Shown here: in pieces, positions 46,601 through 60,209 of the stretch
How the letters are laid out: every line of letters begins with the position of its first letter
How positions within the stretch are numbered: position 1 is the stretch's first letter
DNA from: Paramecium tetraurelia
Taxonomy: Eukaryota
Direction: 5' to 3'
Assembly (NCBI GenBank): GCA_000165425.1
Contig: CT868655.1
Coordinates: 62,001 to 126,000 of the forward strand
Length of the DNA stretch: 64,000 nt
The notes under the pieces: model-generated
Seen by the model: only the letters and a program-made list of their open reading frames with translations
What the model was told of the DNA's origin: nothing
Database searches by the model: none
Translations under genes and position numbers: made by a program

Positions 46601-47083
46601 CAAAATTTATGCCGATTCGACATCTAATTCGACTTTTTTAATACAGGATTAATTGGTGCATTAGATATGCTCTAAAAGATGCAATTTAATTATGATGAAT
46701 TTTTAACTGAATACCATTCGATGTCCTAATCAGACATCTCTATTGATGATGCATAATTAGTCAATTAATATTACAATTCACAATATTATCAATTATTAGT
46801 GATGTATGGATAAGAGTTGTTTTTCAAGACTTTTGATAGATTAATTTATCTCCTGGAAGCCTTTTTGAATAATGAAAAGAAATCAAAAGAAACCCTTATT
46901 TCAAATCTATTCATAGGCATTGGCATTCCAATTATGATTTTGACCATATTTTTAGCTGGTTTAGAAATGTATATGCTCAAAAACAAAGTGAGAAGAGTTA
47001 TGCTATCCTTGACATATCTACCAACATTTAAATACTAGGATAAAATCATACTGTCACTAATTAAATCCATACTGAAAATTTGA
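40614..47083 (+). CDS. Very large polytopic membrane protein with a PAS-like domain (TmcB/tiny-macrocysts-like family)
   Basis: N-terminal multi-TM block, H..CTDQNCEC, helical region, PAS-like IMPPYLTASHNYFIQRFIHRG..GFVFPINV, long S/Q-rich linker, C-terminal TM pairs; open about 6.4 kb in code 6. Confidence 0.8.
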
Positions 47084-47459
47084 TCCAAAATTATGCTTTT
47101 ATATATTTTAATATAAATATTATTTGCAATTATTAATCTTAAATCCTATTATATTTTGAAACAATCCTCATAGGACTGAAAACTTTGAAATATTATAATC
47201 AATAAAATTTACAATTATAGTTACAATTAATGTAATTTCTTGAATAATAATCCCCCACATAGTGTAGAAATTATTGATTTGTGCATATTAATTGAATAAT
47301 TCTTAAAAACCATAAATTTATAGATAGATTAGTTTAGATTTAATATAATAAAAATTTACCAATTAAATAATGATGATACTAGCACCAGAATTGATTTATC
47401 ATGAAATCAACATGCCTTCCTTAACCTGAAATTTATATATATTTTATTAATAATTTTTA

Positions 47460-48416
47460 ATGAGTTCCAATGGCAGTGCTTTGAAGGGATCAGGTAAAAG
47501 GAAATAATAAATAAAATAGCAACTCCTGATTTGGCTAAACAGGTATTGGTCTAGAAATTGGCACAATAAATAGTAAATCAAATAGTGTCAGATGATGTGA
47601 TTGATGATAAAATTGAAGAGGAAGAAAATCAAAACAAAGACCCCACTTGCTGTTAAATGTTTTGTGCTCCCTTTACCTTGAAGTATTACTAACCATTCTT
47701 CAACGATTTGACATCTAAAGTAATAGCATAAAAACTATGGGCATCGTTTTTTCCATTCAAGGCCACCTTCTTTGAAATACAAGACGGGAAACCAGATTTA
47801 TATGGGCCAGTCTGGATTTATGCCACTTTAGTATTTGCAGTAGCTGCTGCAGGTAACATTTCAGGTTATTTGGCAACTCCAAGCAATATTGCATTCCATT
47901 ACAATTTCGATTTCATCCCAACAGCATCCTCACTACTATTTGGAATAGCATTACTAGTGCCGTTTGCAATTTATATGGTTATGAAAATGTTGGGAGGCAG
48001 ACATCTTCACTTAACGTCCTTTATATGCATATATGCCTATGCTTAAACATGCATAATACCTGTGTGTATTGTATGCTCAATACCGAATCCTTAATTACAG
48101 TGGGGAGCATTGATTTATGGAATGATTAATTCATCTTTGTTCTTGATTGTCAATTTTTGGGGGTATGTATATGAATGCAAATAAATTTTAGAGAATTGGA
48201 GAAGAACATACAAACCAAGAAACATATAGTTATCTGGTTGATTGCTGGATGCTAGGTAGTGTTGTTGTTATTGTTCAAGATGTACTTCTTCTTGTACGTA
48301 TACACGAATCCTTATACTGGATCAAGATTTGATTAACTCACAAAGATTGTAAATGAATATAAGTAATTTAGGTTCATACGGATCACTTATTCTTGCATCA
48401 CCATCAATAACATTGA
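47460..48416 (+). CDS. Yip1-domain protein (YIPF1/2-like)
   Basis: LKYYQPFFND, KPDLYGPVWIYATLVF, CIYAY, multiple TM helices. Confidence 0.9.
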
Positions 48417-48453
48417 GAATATTAAATTATTTATAATATTATCATTTAACCGA

Positions 48454-49808
48454 ATGTCTTCAAAAGATAAACAAAGTGTTAAGAGTGACAAGTCTAAGGA
48501 CAAGAAGAAGAAATCCACTAAATTGGACAAGAAGGAATCTAAAATTCTACCTCCTCCAGATAATGACTAATAATAACTAATTGCAAGAGTAATTGGTAGA
48601 ATTGGAGACAAAGAAAGCAAGAGTTTGGGTATACAAAATTACTAGATTAGCCAATTGTGAAGATGATCCACAAATGCAAACATTCAATACTAACAACAAT
48701 TATTAAGCCACTGATTTTTCCATGCAAAATAATTAATTTGAAAATTATCATACTGCCAATAAGAATAATAATCAATTCAGAACCAATAAATTTATGACAG
48801 ATCAGACGACTTATTAATAATAGTAGTAGGATCAATATTACCAAAAAAGTCCATAATAATATTAAGATCAATTTTATTCAACCAGTTATAGTCAACCCTA
48901 TAATTTAAATCCATCATTTACATAATAAGCTGCGTTCGATTATAGACATGAAAGAATCAAAGATCAAGTTTAATAGAGCTTGTTACCCAAAAGATAAGAA
49001 ATACTGGAATAAGTCTAAAAGGTTATTGCTATTAATGATAAATTAGATAGATAACAGAATAGATGAAATCAAATATCAATCCCAAAAAATTGAGAACATT
49101 ACCAGAGAAGAATGCGAAATCATCATTGATAAATTAAAAAGCGTTGAAGCTTAAAAGCTATAAATGTTGTATCATGATAAGAATGAATTACTCAGGTAAT
49201 CTCGTTCATTTATTTCTTAGAGACGTCGACTAGATTGAAGCTCTACAATAAAGGGTCTCGTAATTGTAGGATTTCAACTCTCAAAAGAACTTAGACTTAT
49301 TTGAAAATATAGAAAGATTGAGTAGGAAGAGAATTAAAAAATAGATTGAAACTTACCCAGATGATTTACCTTAGGATTTGATTCAATTCAGACAATTGTA
49401 ATAGTAAAATTAGATGCTACAGAAACTGATGGATTTCAAGAATGAAGTCATTTGGAAACTCTATAATGATTCCTAAATAGAAAGTAAGAAGATCAGAGAG
49501 GAACTAGAAAGATAAGCAAATCAAGAATTTCAAGAATGGTCCAACATTGTAGATTAATACTAATCTGAATTAAATAGGTATAAGTTACAATGCACCTTTT
49601 GTGGAATCAACTTTGATTATTAATTGATCAATTCTGATTGCAATTTAAATCAATAGGGAGCTAGTAATATATTGATTAATTAAAAGAAATCTAATTTGAC
49701 TGTGAATAGGTTCCTCCAGAACAATTCTTTGGTACTCGAAGACACTTCTTTTGTAAAAGTTTATAAATGCAACAATCTTAAATTTAAGCAGAAGACAGTA
49801 AGGTGTGA
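48454..49808 (+). CDS. Hypothetical coiled-coil protein
   Basis: K-rich start MSSKDKQSVKSDKSKDKKKK, Q/Y-rich middle, coiled coil, CTFCG..FFGTRRHFF near the C-terminus. Confidence 0.75.
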
Positions 49809-49945
49809 TAATATATATAAATATTAATTTCTAAATCTTAATAGTATAATTTTTTATAGGATTCTGAAATGAATTATGTTAACAAAATTCTATTGAAAAT
49901 TGTTACAAATTAATTATAATAATTATTATATTTCCCGCTTAAAGT

Positions 49946-51386
49946 ATGGAAGTAGAGAAAAATATAGACACGTCCTTTATTTTTGAAAAACTGAAATCAC
50001 ATTCAGAAAAGAAATCTCAGCATTAGAGAATCGGATTAGAAATAAAATAATCGACTAAATTTTATTTGGTTCCTAGAGACAAATGTATCAAGACATAATA
50101 TTGTAACATCTATTCTGCGCGCTATCTGAACTTGGTCAAAAGGTTTTAAATTGATAGCGAAGATCCTTAATTCATAGAGTTGATTTAAAAGATTTAAGAT
50201 TAAAAAGGGACAATAAAGGCAATTGGGACTTTGTTCAAAGAAATGAAATTAAAACCATACTATTTTTCTCAAAATCAAAATAAAGCATTATAAGGTAGAT
50301 CATACATTCATATTCAAGATTATGTTTCGAATGAAGATGTCTGTTATCTAGAGGATGGATCAGGAAGAATTAAATTATAAATAAGTAATGCCATACTCTG
50401 CTTACCAAATAAGAAAGAGAAAATAGTTAATGTTTCCGATTTGGTGACAGGAATTACATTGATGATTGAAGGATAGATTGTTGCAAATAATATTATAAAA
50501 GTTGAAAAGTTTTATTTGCCTTCACTACCTGAGACACCTATGCTGAAGCAATTAAACTCGAATTCATATCTCTGTTTAATATCTGGCTTAAATTACAATG
50601 CCTTAGAAAGCACAACAAAATATAGACATATGATTGATTATTTATAAGGCAATTTATATAGTGGGGAAGGAGGAGATGTAAGATTTCATAACAATTAATT
50701 TAGATTCCATATAATATATCATAAGTTATCTTCACCGGAAATTTGTACTGCAAACTAGAAGAGACACTTGATTAATAATCACTGCAATAAGACTTCAAAG
50801 GTGTGTTCAGCAAAATATAGTTAAACATAAAAGGAGTTGATGAATTGATTAGTCAGTTAGCATCAGTTACTCCAGTAGCTGTAATGCCTGGAGAAAATGA
50901 GCCAGTTTCCCAGATGCTACCCTAGACACCTCTGCATAGATCACATTTTCCAGAAACTTTTGAGAAAGAACATCAACTAATCTTGTTAAGTAATCCAACA
51001 GAATTTACTCTGGGTGATTTAAAGATTCTTGGAACAAGTGGATAAAATATATCAGATATTAAGAAATGTTCTTAGGTTAAGAATTAAGAAGATGTGGATC
51101 TACTGGAAATGACAATGTTTTATGGAAATATAGCCCCAACAGCTCCAGATACTTTGATGTATATATATTAATTTCTATTTTTAGTTCGTTTCCATAGAAA
51201 GACTAGGATCCATTTGTATTGTAAGAGTTGCCTAACATTTACTTTGTAGGTAATATGCAAAAGTTTGGAACTAAGATGGTTGCTGATAATGTAAGGATTG
51301 TTAGTGTGCCAGCATTTTCTGAAACTGGGACAATCTGTTTAATTAACTTAAGCACATTAGAATGTTTTCCTGTTATTATATAATGA
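49946..51386 (+). CDS. POLD2: DNA polymerase delta small subunit
   Basis: IGTLFKEMKLKP, LEDGSGRIKL, LVTG, VMPGENEP..LPQTPLH, SNP, LGTSGQNISDI, IAPTAPDTL, DPFVL..PNIYFVGN, VPAFSETG. Confidence 0.95.
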
Positions 51387-51402
51387 ATAGCATTTATAAA
51401 TA

Positions 51403-53681
51403 TCAAATTTTAATTTTCTTTTTGCTTTAACACATTAATTTTGTTTCTAACTATTCTAATTATTCGTGAATCATCTCATGAATTTTCAAATAATTATATT
51501 ATCTATATTTGTTCCATTGATGCAATGATTTCAACTCCTTTTTACTGGTTTTTAGGCCTTGCAATATAACTAAGATTTTTGTAGAACAGTTTTCCTTCTG
51601 TATCCAAGACAATCCGAAATCTACTAAGTTGTAATGATTTATAATACACTAATGAAATACTTATAATAATACATACCTTGACATCTTACAAAAGAGTTGA
51701 CTTTTCTCTTTAAGTTTCAAGTTTTATAAATGGTAGATTATTGTGTCCTGTCAAATCAGAATAGATGGTCTGATCCAAATACTATTGAATGAAATCAGTC
51801 AATTATGTAGAATTCTTTTAAAGTTAAATTTGTTTCCACATATATTCCAAAGATCGAAAGGCCCCTGTTCTTGCCATCGTATACATCTAATCTAGATTGT
51901 TAATTCGAATTATATTCTATCGTTTGATATCCGAATATATATCCAAAACTTTAGCTTATAATTCCGATTATGATGGGAAATGTGTTAATTTAATTATCTA
52001 TGCTTCCTCTGAAATTTCAAACTTGACTTTTTATTACTTTAATTTATTAATCAATTAAATTGGAGTCATCACAGATCCTTTCAGCAAATCATCAACTGCA
52101 CATTTATAGCCATTTAAACTGCCAGACTTCTTGCCATAAATTTAGACATTCTGAGCTATCTGCTCATCTTCTGGTAGTTGCGATAATATCAATTCTACTG
52201 GAACAGATACTTAAATTTCAAGCCATTTCTCTTTTTCTAATTCTTACAGAAAAAGTTAGATTTGTTTTTTACTAAAATCATAATTTAATGAGGTTTCATT
52301 TAGAAGAATCTTTTTGATTTTCACTTCAGATTATTCAGAATTTTACAAATGCAACCATTTCTTAGTCAACCAATAAGATATATCATTTTCATCTTTTTAT
52401 ATCAAATCATTTGTATAAACACAATCCTGCATAAAGATAGCTAAATTCTCTATTTGAATAAAATTTGAACTTAATTCAGTTCTTTATGTGAAATAATATT
52501 CATCACATAAAAAGATATGAGAATTGGCTTCTCTATTTAATTCTGATATATCCAAAATGAAAGTTTCAATGTTTAATGGCAAATACAGGTGAACAGAAAG
52601 ATAAACAAAATTCTTTAATCCTTCTGGCAACTGAAATCCACTTGGTAAAACTATTATATCAATATTTTAAGAAGCAAAATCATAATAACTGGCCTGTCTT
52701 TAACTTTCAGGTTTTTTTTAATGGATTGAATTACTCTTAAATCCATTTTACTATAAAGTAAACTGAACTGATTCTACAGCACTAATATTATGACAGAAGA
52801 CAGCAATCCCAGTCTTTCTATATAGTCGTTAACTTCTTAGTAATGAGATCAATGATTTAATAGGGCTCTCATCCTTTGAACATGTAATCTGAGTTTTCGG
52901 ACTGAATGATCTAAAGATAATTATTAATAAGTTACTCTCTATATGTCTAGTATGTTCTGTTGAATGGTTATGATTATCGGAGATCTTGAATAAAGACACT
53001 TTAGGTAATGGGTAATAGAATGTGAATGAATTCAGCATTGGCTTTTGCTAATTATTTTGTAAGATCTGTTTGTACTTTGCCTATTTCTGTAAATGACAAA
53101 TAATAATTGGATTGATCTAGCAGGAGTAGTTTGATATCTAGATTTGATAGATCAATTAAATTAGCCTGTTCTGGATGTACTATTAATAATTTAATATTCC
53201 TGCTTGAGATATTCTTAACTATGAACTCAATCTAATGATTGGGAACTTCAGGATTGATAGCTGCCCATGATACGATGTCCTGTATTCTTCTTAATTTCTC
53301 CTTAAGCAACACGTAATTGTATGAGATTATGACAACCAAACCATCTACTAAAATGGATAGCAATTAAAATAAAATTGATCGTTAAATTGTATTTAAATTT
53401 AGTGAGCAAATAATATTAGTTGCAGTATTTCGACATAAGAAATCTATTGGATCAGTGATCAATTCTTCAATTTCTAATTACTTAATAGCATCCTATAATT
53501 TCCTATCGTACCCTTCCGTAATTGGGGTTTTTATTTATTCTTAATGATTATTTTCTTTAAAAGGTGTCATGTTAAAGGATATGATCTTTTTCACTTCTTC
53601 GCTAACTAAAAAAGGAATTGAACTCTGTTTCTTTTATTATTTGGGAGTAAACGAATATCCAGAATCAACAGAATCGTTCAT
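51403..53681 (-). CDS. RECQL4-like RecQ-fold protein with degenerate helicase motifs (putative pseudo-helicase)
   Basis: RecQ motifs in colinear order: SILFQLLSILVDGLVVIISY, IKLLIVHPEQ, LLLDQSN, QITCSKDESPIKSLISLLRSQR..GIAVFC, VHLYLPLNIETFI, and RECQL4-like C-terminus KILVILQGL..WNKY. Confidence 0.7.
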
Positions 53682-54294
53682 TTTTAATATTTATTAATAA
53701 TTGATTAAATAGAGGTATTAGCATTATGAAAAGGTCATAGAATAATTTTATGAGACTTATAAAGGCTTAGTCTAGAATTTTAGTATCATTTAGGGACCTC
53801 ATCAAGACAAGAATGATTTTAATTACATGCATGAAGAATATTAGCAGTAGATCAAAATTTATTATTCATACTATGCTTGTCAATAGACATAAACTTAATA
53901 AACTATTAATTATTATATTTATCCATAATATGAGTACTTGATGCTTTTAATATATTAACTTCAAAGAATAAGAAGATATATAGTTATTTCACTCAATTTT
54001 TCCAAGCAATACAAAAAACAAACTGCCGATGTTCAGTTCAACATAATTAGGTTAGTAGAAAAATAACTTTCAAGTTCTGGTTCAGAATCGGCAGCTTTTC
54101 TCATTATAATTTTCAGAAGGGTTTGGCTTAAAAAGCTAACCAAAATTTCTCTACTTTATGATATAAGAGAGTCTGATGAAAATAAGGTATCCATTGATTT
54201 AATGAGTTTATATTAGTTCATGAACATTGAGTTTTAAAATATTATTGAGTCTGGGACTTAATTGACTGTTTGATTTATAATTATTATATTCAAA

Positions 54295-55851
54295 ATGGAT
54301 AATTACAAAAAATACCTCTTTGATGAGAAGTTTCAAGAACCACTACCTCGTAATACTTACTCATTCTAGGCTCAAGAGAGTCAGGAAGATTAGCCCAATG
54401 AATCAAATTTTGATGATGAATATAAAAAAGATTTTCTTCAAAACCAAATTAAAAACATAAGGGAGAAATTAATAATGATGGGTTTTCCCAGTTTAGGTGA
54501 TTTGTATAGCAATTCAAATTCTGAAGTAGATCTTACTGTAAAAGTGTAAGAATAATGTACATTATCAAAAATAGATTGATTGCTGTAATTAAATAAAGAA
54601 GGGAGGATATGGATTTCAAGAACACTTATCATGAAAAAATTAATAAAATAGAAGCAGAAAAACAGTAACTCTCATAAAATTTTGAAAGAGCGTCAACAAC
54701 TAAAAAAATTTTGGAGTAAGAAAATAGTACTTTATAAGCTAAGATAAAGAGCACAGAAAAGGTTTAAAAAGAATAACTGTAATTATTTAAGCTATATATT
54801 AGTAATAAACTGATGCAGGAAAGGGAGGATCTGTAAAAATAACTATCGAAATTATAAAGTAGATCAACTTAGTTTGAACATGAAATGAAGTAAAGGGATT
54901 TAGAAATTTAAAAACTTAAAGATCATATTAAAAAATAATCGGCTTCGAAAACTTTTAAAAATAGTTTAGAAATGACCTAAAATTTAGAATAAGGAGGTCC
55001 AAGTATTTTTGCAGCAAATGGAGAATATGAATTTAGTCAATTAGTCATGAAAAAGTGGGAAGAAATCAATAATAAACTATTAAGAGAAAATGAATAACTT
55101 AGGGAAAATCTAGTTAAGATTCATAATGAATTAGGAGAGATACTGTAAATTCGAAGAGATGTGTATATTAAAAGAAGGAAAATAGATTTTGGGGATGAAA
55201 ATATTCCTCCAGAATTAGATAACCCATAATAAAATATGCATTAATTCAAAAGTGATTTGTATAAGTCTCCTTTAGAAACTAATGGTAAATAAGCTATTTA
55301 GATGCTGTAAGAGAATCTATAAACATTTAAAGAACTTATGAAAAAGTTTGATTAACAATACGAACTTTAATTGAATGAAGATGAAATCGAAATTGAGGCT
55401 GAAGGGGGTAAAGTTAAGGCTTGTAAAAACTTGACTGAATTATTCAAAAATTATAATTATATCTTTGAGGCCTAGGATAAGATGATAAGTTAAATTATTA
55501 ATAAAAGCCAAAACTTAAAAAAAATAGATGAATTAAACTTTAATTTAAATAGATTCAATAGAGTATTAGATGATAAATAGATTGACGATGTCAAAAAATA
55601 TCTCTAAGACCAGAAAAAGTACCTGGATGAATCTAAAAATGAGATGGATCTTATCAAAAAACAATTTTAGCACTAATTGAAAAAAAGAGAAGAAGAAAAA
55701 TAAATCATATAAGTAATCTCATCGTCTTATAATTAATTAGATGAAAAGATTAATGCTTGAAGAAACCAACGAGAAATTCAAGGAAAATATTAGGATGCTA
55801 GAAAATGCAAGTAGATAAGCTTTACAATAACTTAATTAAGATATTAATTGA
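54295..55851 (+). CDS. Afadin/alpha-actinin-binding (ADIP/SSX2IP/Msd1-like) coiled-coil protein
   Basis: IREKLIMMGFPSLGDL..IDAVIKQRRED..QFEHEMKQRDLEIQKLKDHI. Confidence 0.7.
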
Positions 55852-56130
55852 CTCATTATTTTGATTTAAGATTTTTATTATATATAATTAAAATTCTTTT
55901 CTTCTACTTTATTTCTATCCAAAATAACTGTTAAATTATTATGAGTTATTTTCTTTATTTATATCTACAAAATTATCAAAAAAATCATGAAAATTTTTAA
56001 ATGAAATAAACACTTTCTAATCGAGAACTTAGAAACCATTAAAATAATCATGAATATTTATCTTAGCTTTATCATAACTAAGGCAGTAAGAGAGAAGAAT
56101 TGAATTTATATTTAAAGTGTATTTATAAAG

Positions 56131-58114
56131 TCAAACAATTTTATGAAATCTAACTGAGACAGAAACCCAAACAGCATAAACGTCTTCTGGATAGATTTCC
56201 ATTTTCACTCGTACTGCATGATATGTTTGATCTCCTCTTGCAGTGAGTACTTCCCCACCAACAGGAGATGTTTTGATATCCTCCAACATCTTTTAAATAT
56301 TCATGTGATTAAAGCAAATTGGAAAACTCATAAATGTATGACCTTCAGGTATGTAACTTCTAATCGCAGATTGAAATTCAAATTATGCAAATTGTAATCC
56401 TATTGTTATATCAAATTGTGTATACCAGTTATTTTCTCTGTTTCATAATTAGCTAAGGCTATTTACATGATGCTTCCAAGCTTTTCATCATATCTAGTAG
56501 CTAAATTAATAACTAAAAATTAAGCAAATCAAAATACTCTTTCTATAACTTCCTATGGCCTCTCTAAGTTATAATTCTAATTTTGGTTCCAATTCATCTG
56601 CATATATCGTTTATCTTAATAGAGTAAGTTGAAAATTCTATGGTTTTAATAAAGAGATTTCATTTGGATCGACAGCCTTCCACTTAGTGTAATCCTCAAT
56701 ATTGAGATCTGTTTTCAAGACAGAATCATTCTCTTGGATATTTGCATAAAAGTATTTATGATTAAAGATGCAACCAATTCTTTTATATAACTAAGGAACC
56801 TATTTTATGATGTGTCTTTATATATACTTTAGGATCATTCAGTTCAAATTTATGCCCAGTTAAAGGTTCCCAGAAGTTGTAGGCATATTCAGCCTGTTTT
56901 TAATTTGGCTTTTTTGGTTTCTATAATCTTGTCATAACCCATCCATGAGGTCGATCAGCTGTAGAACCAAAGACAACAAACGCATCTAAATTGAACCCTA
57001 GAAAGAATGAACACAATAGCAAACAATGATCCTCAAAGTCTCCACCTTTCAATGCTATAAATGTTGGGAATCTGTGCCAAACTTCTAATCTATCTCCTGA
57101 TGGCCCTCGATCTGAAGTTTTCATGGGTATTAGACTCACAAATCTGGCAGCATGATTCGGACTCATTATCCCTCTAACACTTTATAATTCTCTAATAAAA
57201 GTGCAAGAAGGTCTCCAGATTCCATCTTGGGATTCTGAATATAATTTAATTGGTCGAACAGATAGTTTAAGTTCTTTAAAATCATTCCACCAAGCATTGC
57301 CATACGTATGAAACCTATCGGATATTTGATTGATAACAGATTTCTCTTTAGATAACTAAGAAACTACTATGTGTTCTGGCAATAATACTAAGCCAGTTTT
57401 AGGTAATAATTCCAAATGAATTTAAAGTATACCAACATGATTCTTCCTTTCATTTTACATTTTGGTATTATAAGTAGTGGGAAGTTCTATGTTCAATGAA
57501 ATATTTCCATAGCATAATAAAAACCTCCATTCAATTAATTTTTGAGAAAACAGCTTTCTTTACCCATTTTAAATTTAAATTACGCATAATTCAATTGGAT
57601 GATCTAATTTGCTTAAGGTTAACAAATCAACATTGGCCTTTTGAGCTTCAGTTCTCAAATCAAACAAAAATAGTTCATTAAACTCAGGTTCTACTGTGGC
57701 ATCAACTGTAGCAGATGCAAATCTCTGACCGCAAAAACTTAAATATAGCTACAATTTTGAATTTCCAGGTTCTATAAAATCCAAGAATGCTCTTCCTTTG
57801 TATATACGCAAACTAACTGAACGATAATTAATACGATCTGGGTCTACAAATGTAAGCTTAATATTCTCATTTGATCATACTTGTTTATTTTATTTATTAA
57901 ATTCATCTATTTCATCCAAATGTTTGATATCCAAGATGAGATTATCAATGAGGTTTGTTTCTCGCAGCAATTTGGTCAATTTTTCATTATCCAAATCATC
58001 AATTTGAATTTTTTCACTTTCTATTTTTTTCTTTAACTTATCAAATACTTCACCTTTATCAAAATAATTGTTGATTAGTTATCGAATTTTAGTTATTTGT
58101 TCTTTAGAATACAT
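56131..58114 (-). CDS. CEP76: Centrosomal protein of 76 kDa
   Basis: C2-like region then RFVSLIP, GDFEDHCLLLCSFFLGFNLDAFVVFG..HGWVMT, FWEPLTG, IGCIFNHKYFYANIQ, IYPEDVYAVWV. Confidence 0.9.
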
Positions 58115-58132
58115 ATTTAAATAAATTAATTA

Positions 58133-58320
58133 ATGGACATACAAGACGCTTCTAGAGTTGTTTACATTTGTGGAAGTAAGTCACCTATGTTAAAATAGAG
58201 TGTGGAAAGGATGTTTAACTTGAAGCCAAAGACATTGTCAGATGCCAATGCGGCTACAGAATTCTCTATAAGAAAAGAAAGGCAGATCCAAAGAATCCAC
58301 CTTAATACGAAGCAATCTGA
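58133..58320 (+). CDS. RPB12: RNA polymerases I/II/III shared subunit RPABC4
   Basis: [41 protein letters not shown]..QYEAI after removing a 23-nt intron. Confidence 0.95.
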
Positions 58321-58576
58321 ATTATTAACATTTATCTATGCCAATATACACTTCTAAACAACTGAATTGCATTACTCATACTCTCTATACCCACTTGGAT
58401 GTTACTAAAATTTAGTTAAATAAGTCTCTATTATTTAAGCATTAATAAGGGTTATACTAAAATTACACTCAAATTTCTATAAATCGCAGTCTAAGTATCT
58501 TTAATGATTAAATAATACTCTTTATAAATATTCTGAGTAAAGAGAAATGATAATAAATATCTTTGTTTACGTATTA

Positions 58577-59963
58577 ATGCAACAAGCAATCTAAGCATTT
58601 CTCCTTGTTCCTAAGGATTCTGATTTCACAATCAAAAACATACCTTTTGGCGTTGCATCCAAAGCCAATGGTAATCCCTTCCCAGCTACCATCATAGGTA
58701 TATCAATTGATCAATCAAATTAGGTGATTCTGTGATTAATTTGGCCAAACTCGAAGACTTGGGGTATTTTAATGGACCTCTGTTTTCCACTTTGGGATCT
58801 AAGGTCTTTGACAGCGGAAACCTTAACAAATTTGTTTCCCTCTCAAGACCGTATTGGAAAGAAGTCAGATCTTAAATCTAAACTCTATTCTCATGTGGAA
58901 GCCAATTAGAAAATAATTAAGAAGCTTTGGCTGAGATTCTTACACCTGTTCAAGATAGTAATAAATCATTTTCTATTTAGCCAAAAATCATTTACCTATC
59001 ACAATTGGAGAATACACTGATTTTTATTCCTCAAAGAACCACGCTTTCAATATGGGATCTATAATCAGGGGTCCTGATAATGCTATGCAACCAAATTGGT
59101 ACTATTTACCTGTAGGATATCATGGAAGAAGATCATCAATTGTTGTCGATGGAACAGATATCAGAAGACCATGGGGATAGGTAAAGGCTCCAACAGCCGA
59201 GAAGCCTTCTTTCACAAAATGCAAGAGATTGGATTATGAATTAGAAATTGGAGCTGTAATTGGTGGAGCACCAAATAATTTGGGAGAGCCTGTTAAGGTC
59301 AATCAAGCTGAAGATAGAGTCTTTGGGTTTGTTATTCTAAATGACTGGTCTGCCAGAGATGTTTAAGTGTGGGAGTATGTACCTCTTGGTCCATTTGGAG
59401 CCAAAAATTTTGCATCTACAATTTCACCTTGGATTGTGTCCATTGAAGCTTTAGAACCATTCCGAATTCAATTGCCAGAACAAGACCCAGAGCCATTCGT
59501 CTATTTGAAAGAGAAAAAGTATATGAAAATTGAATAATTAGTCATACATCTTTCGATATTAATTTGGAAGTGCTCATTGGTACAGAAAAGAGTCCAGAAC
59601 TAGAGCATTTTACTACAAGCAATTTCAAATATATGTATTGGAGTGTGAATTAATAAATTGCTCATCATTCCATCACTGGTTGTAACATTTAACCAGGAGA
59701 TCTCTTTGGATCTGGAACAATCTCAGGAACAACCAAGGATGGAAGAGGATGCTTAATGGAATATACATGGAATGGAAAGGAGCCTTTGGTATTGAAATCA
59801 GGGGAACAAAGATTATTTTTGGAGGATGGCGATGTCCTTGAAATGAGGGGATATGCAGGAGAAGGAGAGTAAGAATCATTCATATTTTAGGAATCGTGTC
59901 GGTTTTGGGAGATGCAAAGGAAAGATTTTGCCTGCTCTGGATGAGGCTTATTTCTAATCATGA
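58577..59963 (+). CDS. FAH: Fumarylacetoacetase
   Basis: [76 protein letters not shown]. Confidence 0.96.
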
Positions 59964-60001
59964 AAGTTAATTATTATCAATATTAAAATTTATATTTAAA
60001 A

Positions 60002-60209
60002 ATGGGCAAAAAGACAACATTACTTTTTAAGTTAGTGAGTTCAGCTGGCACAGGGTTTTATTATTATGGAGAGAAGAGCACAAAGTAATTGGAAAATAAT
60101 TAAATTAAGGAAAGTAGGCTCTAAATTGATTTTAAGAAAGTATGATCCATTGGTCAATCAATATGTTATCTTTACAGAGGCTAAATTGGCATCAGGAAAG
60201 AAAAAGTGA
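60002..60209 (+). CDS. MRPL33: Mitochondrial ribosomal protein bL33
   Basis: KLVSSAGTGFYY...KLILRKYDPLVNQYVIFTEAK; one tiny intron. Confidence 0.92.

Noticed and set aside
53710..54273. Long TGA-free + strand frame between the RECQL4-like and SSX2IP-like genes
   Set aside because: No clear start or recognisable domain. Also examined as a missing Sld2-like RECQL4 N-terminus on the minus strand, but those frames are interrupted by TGA.
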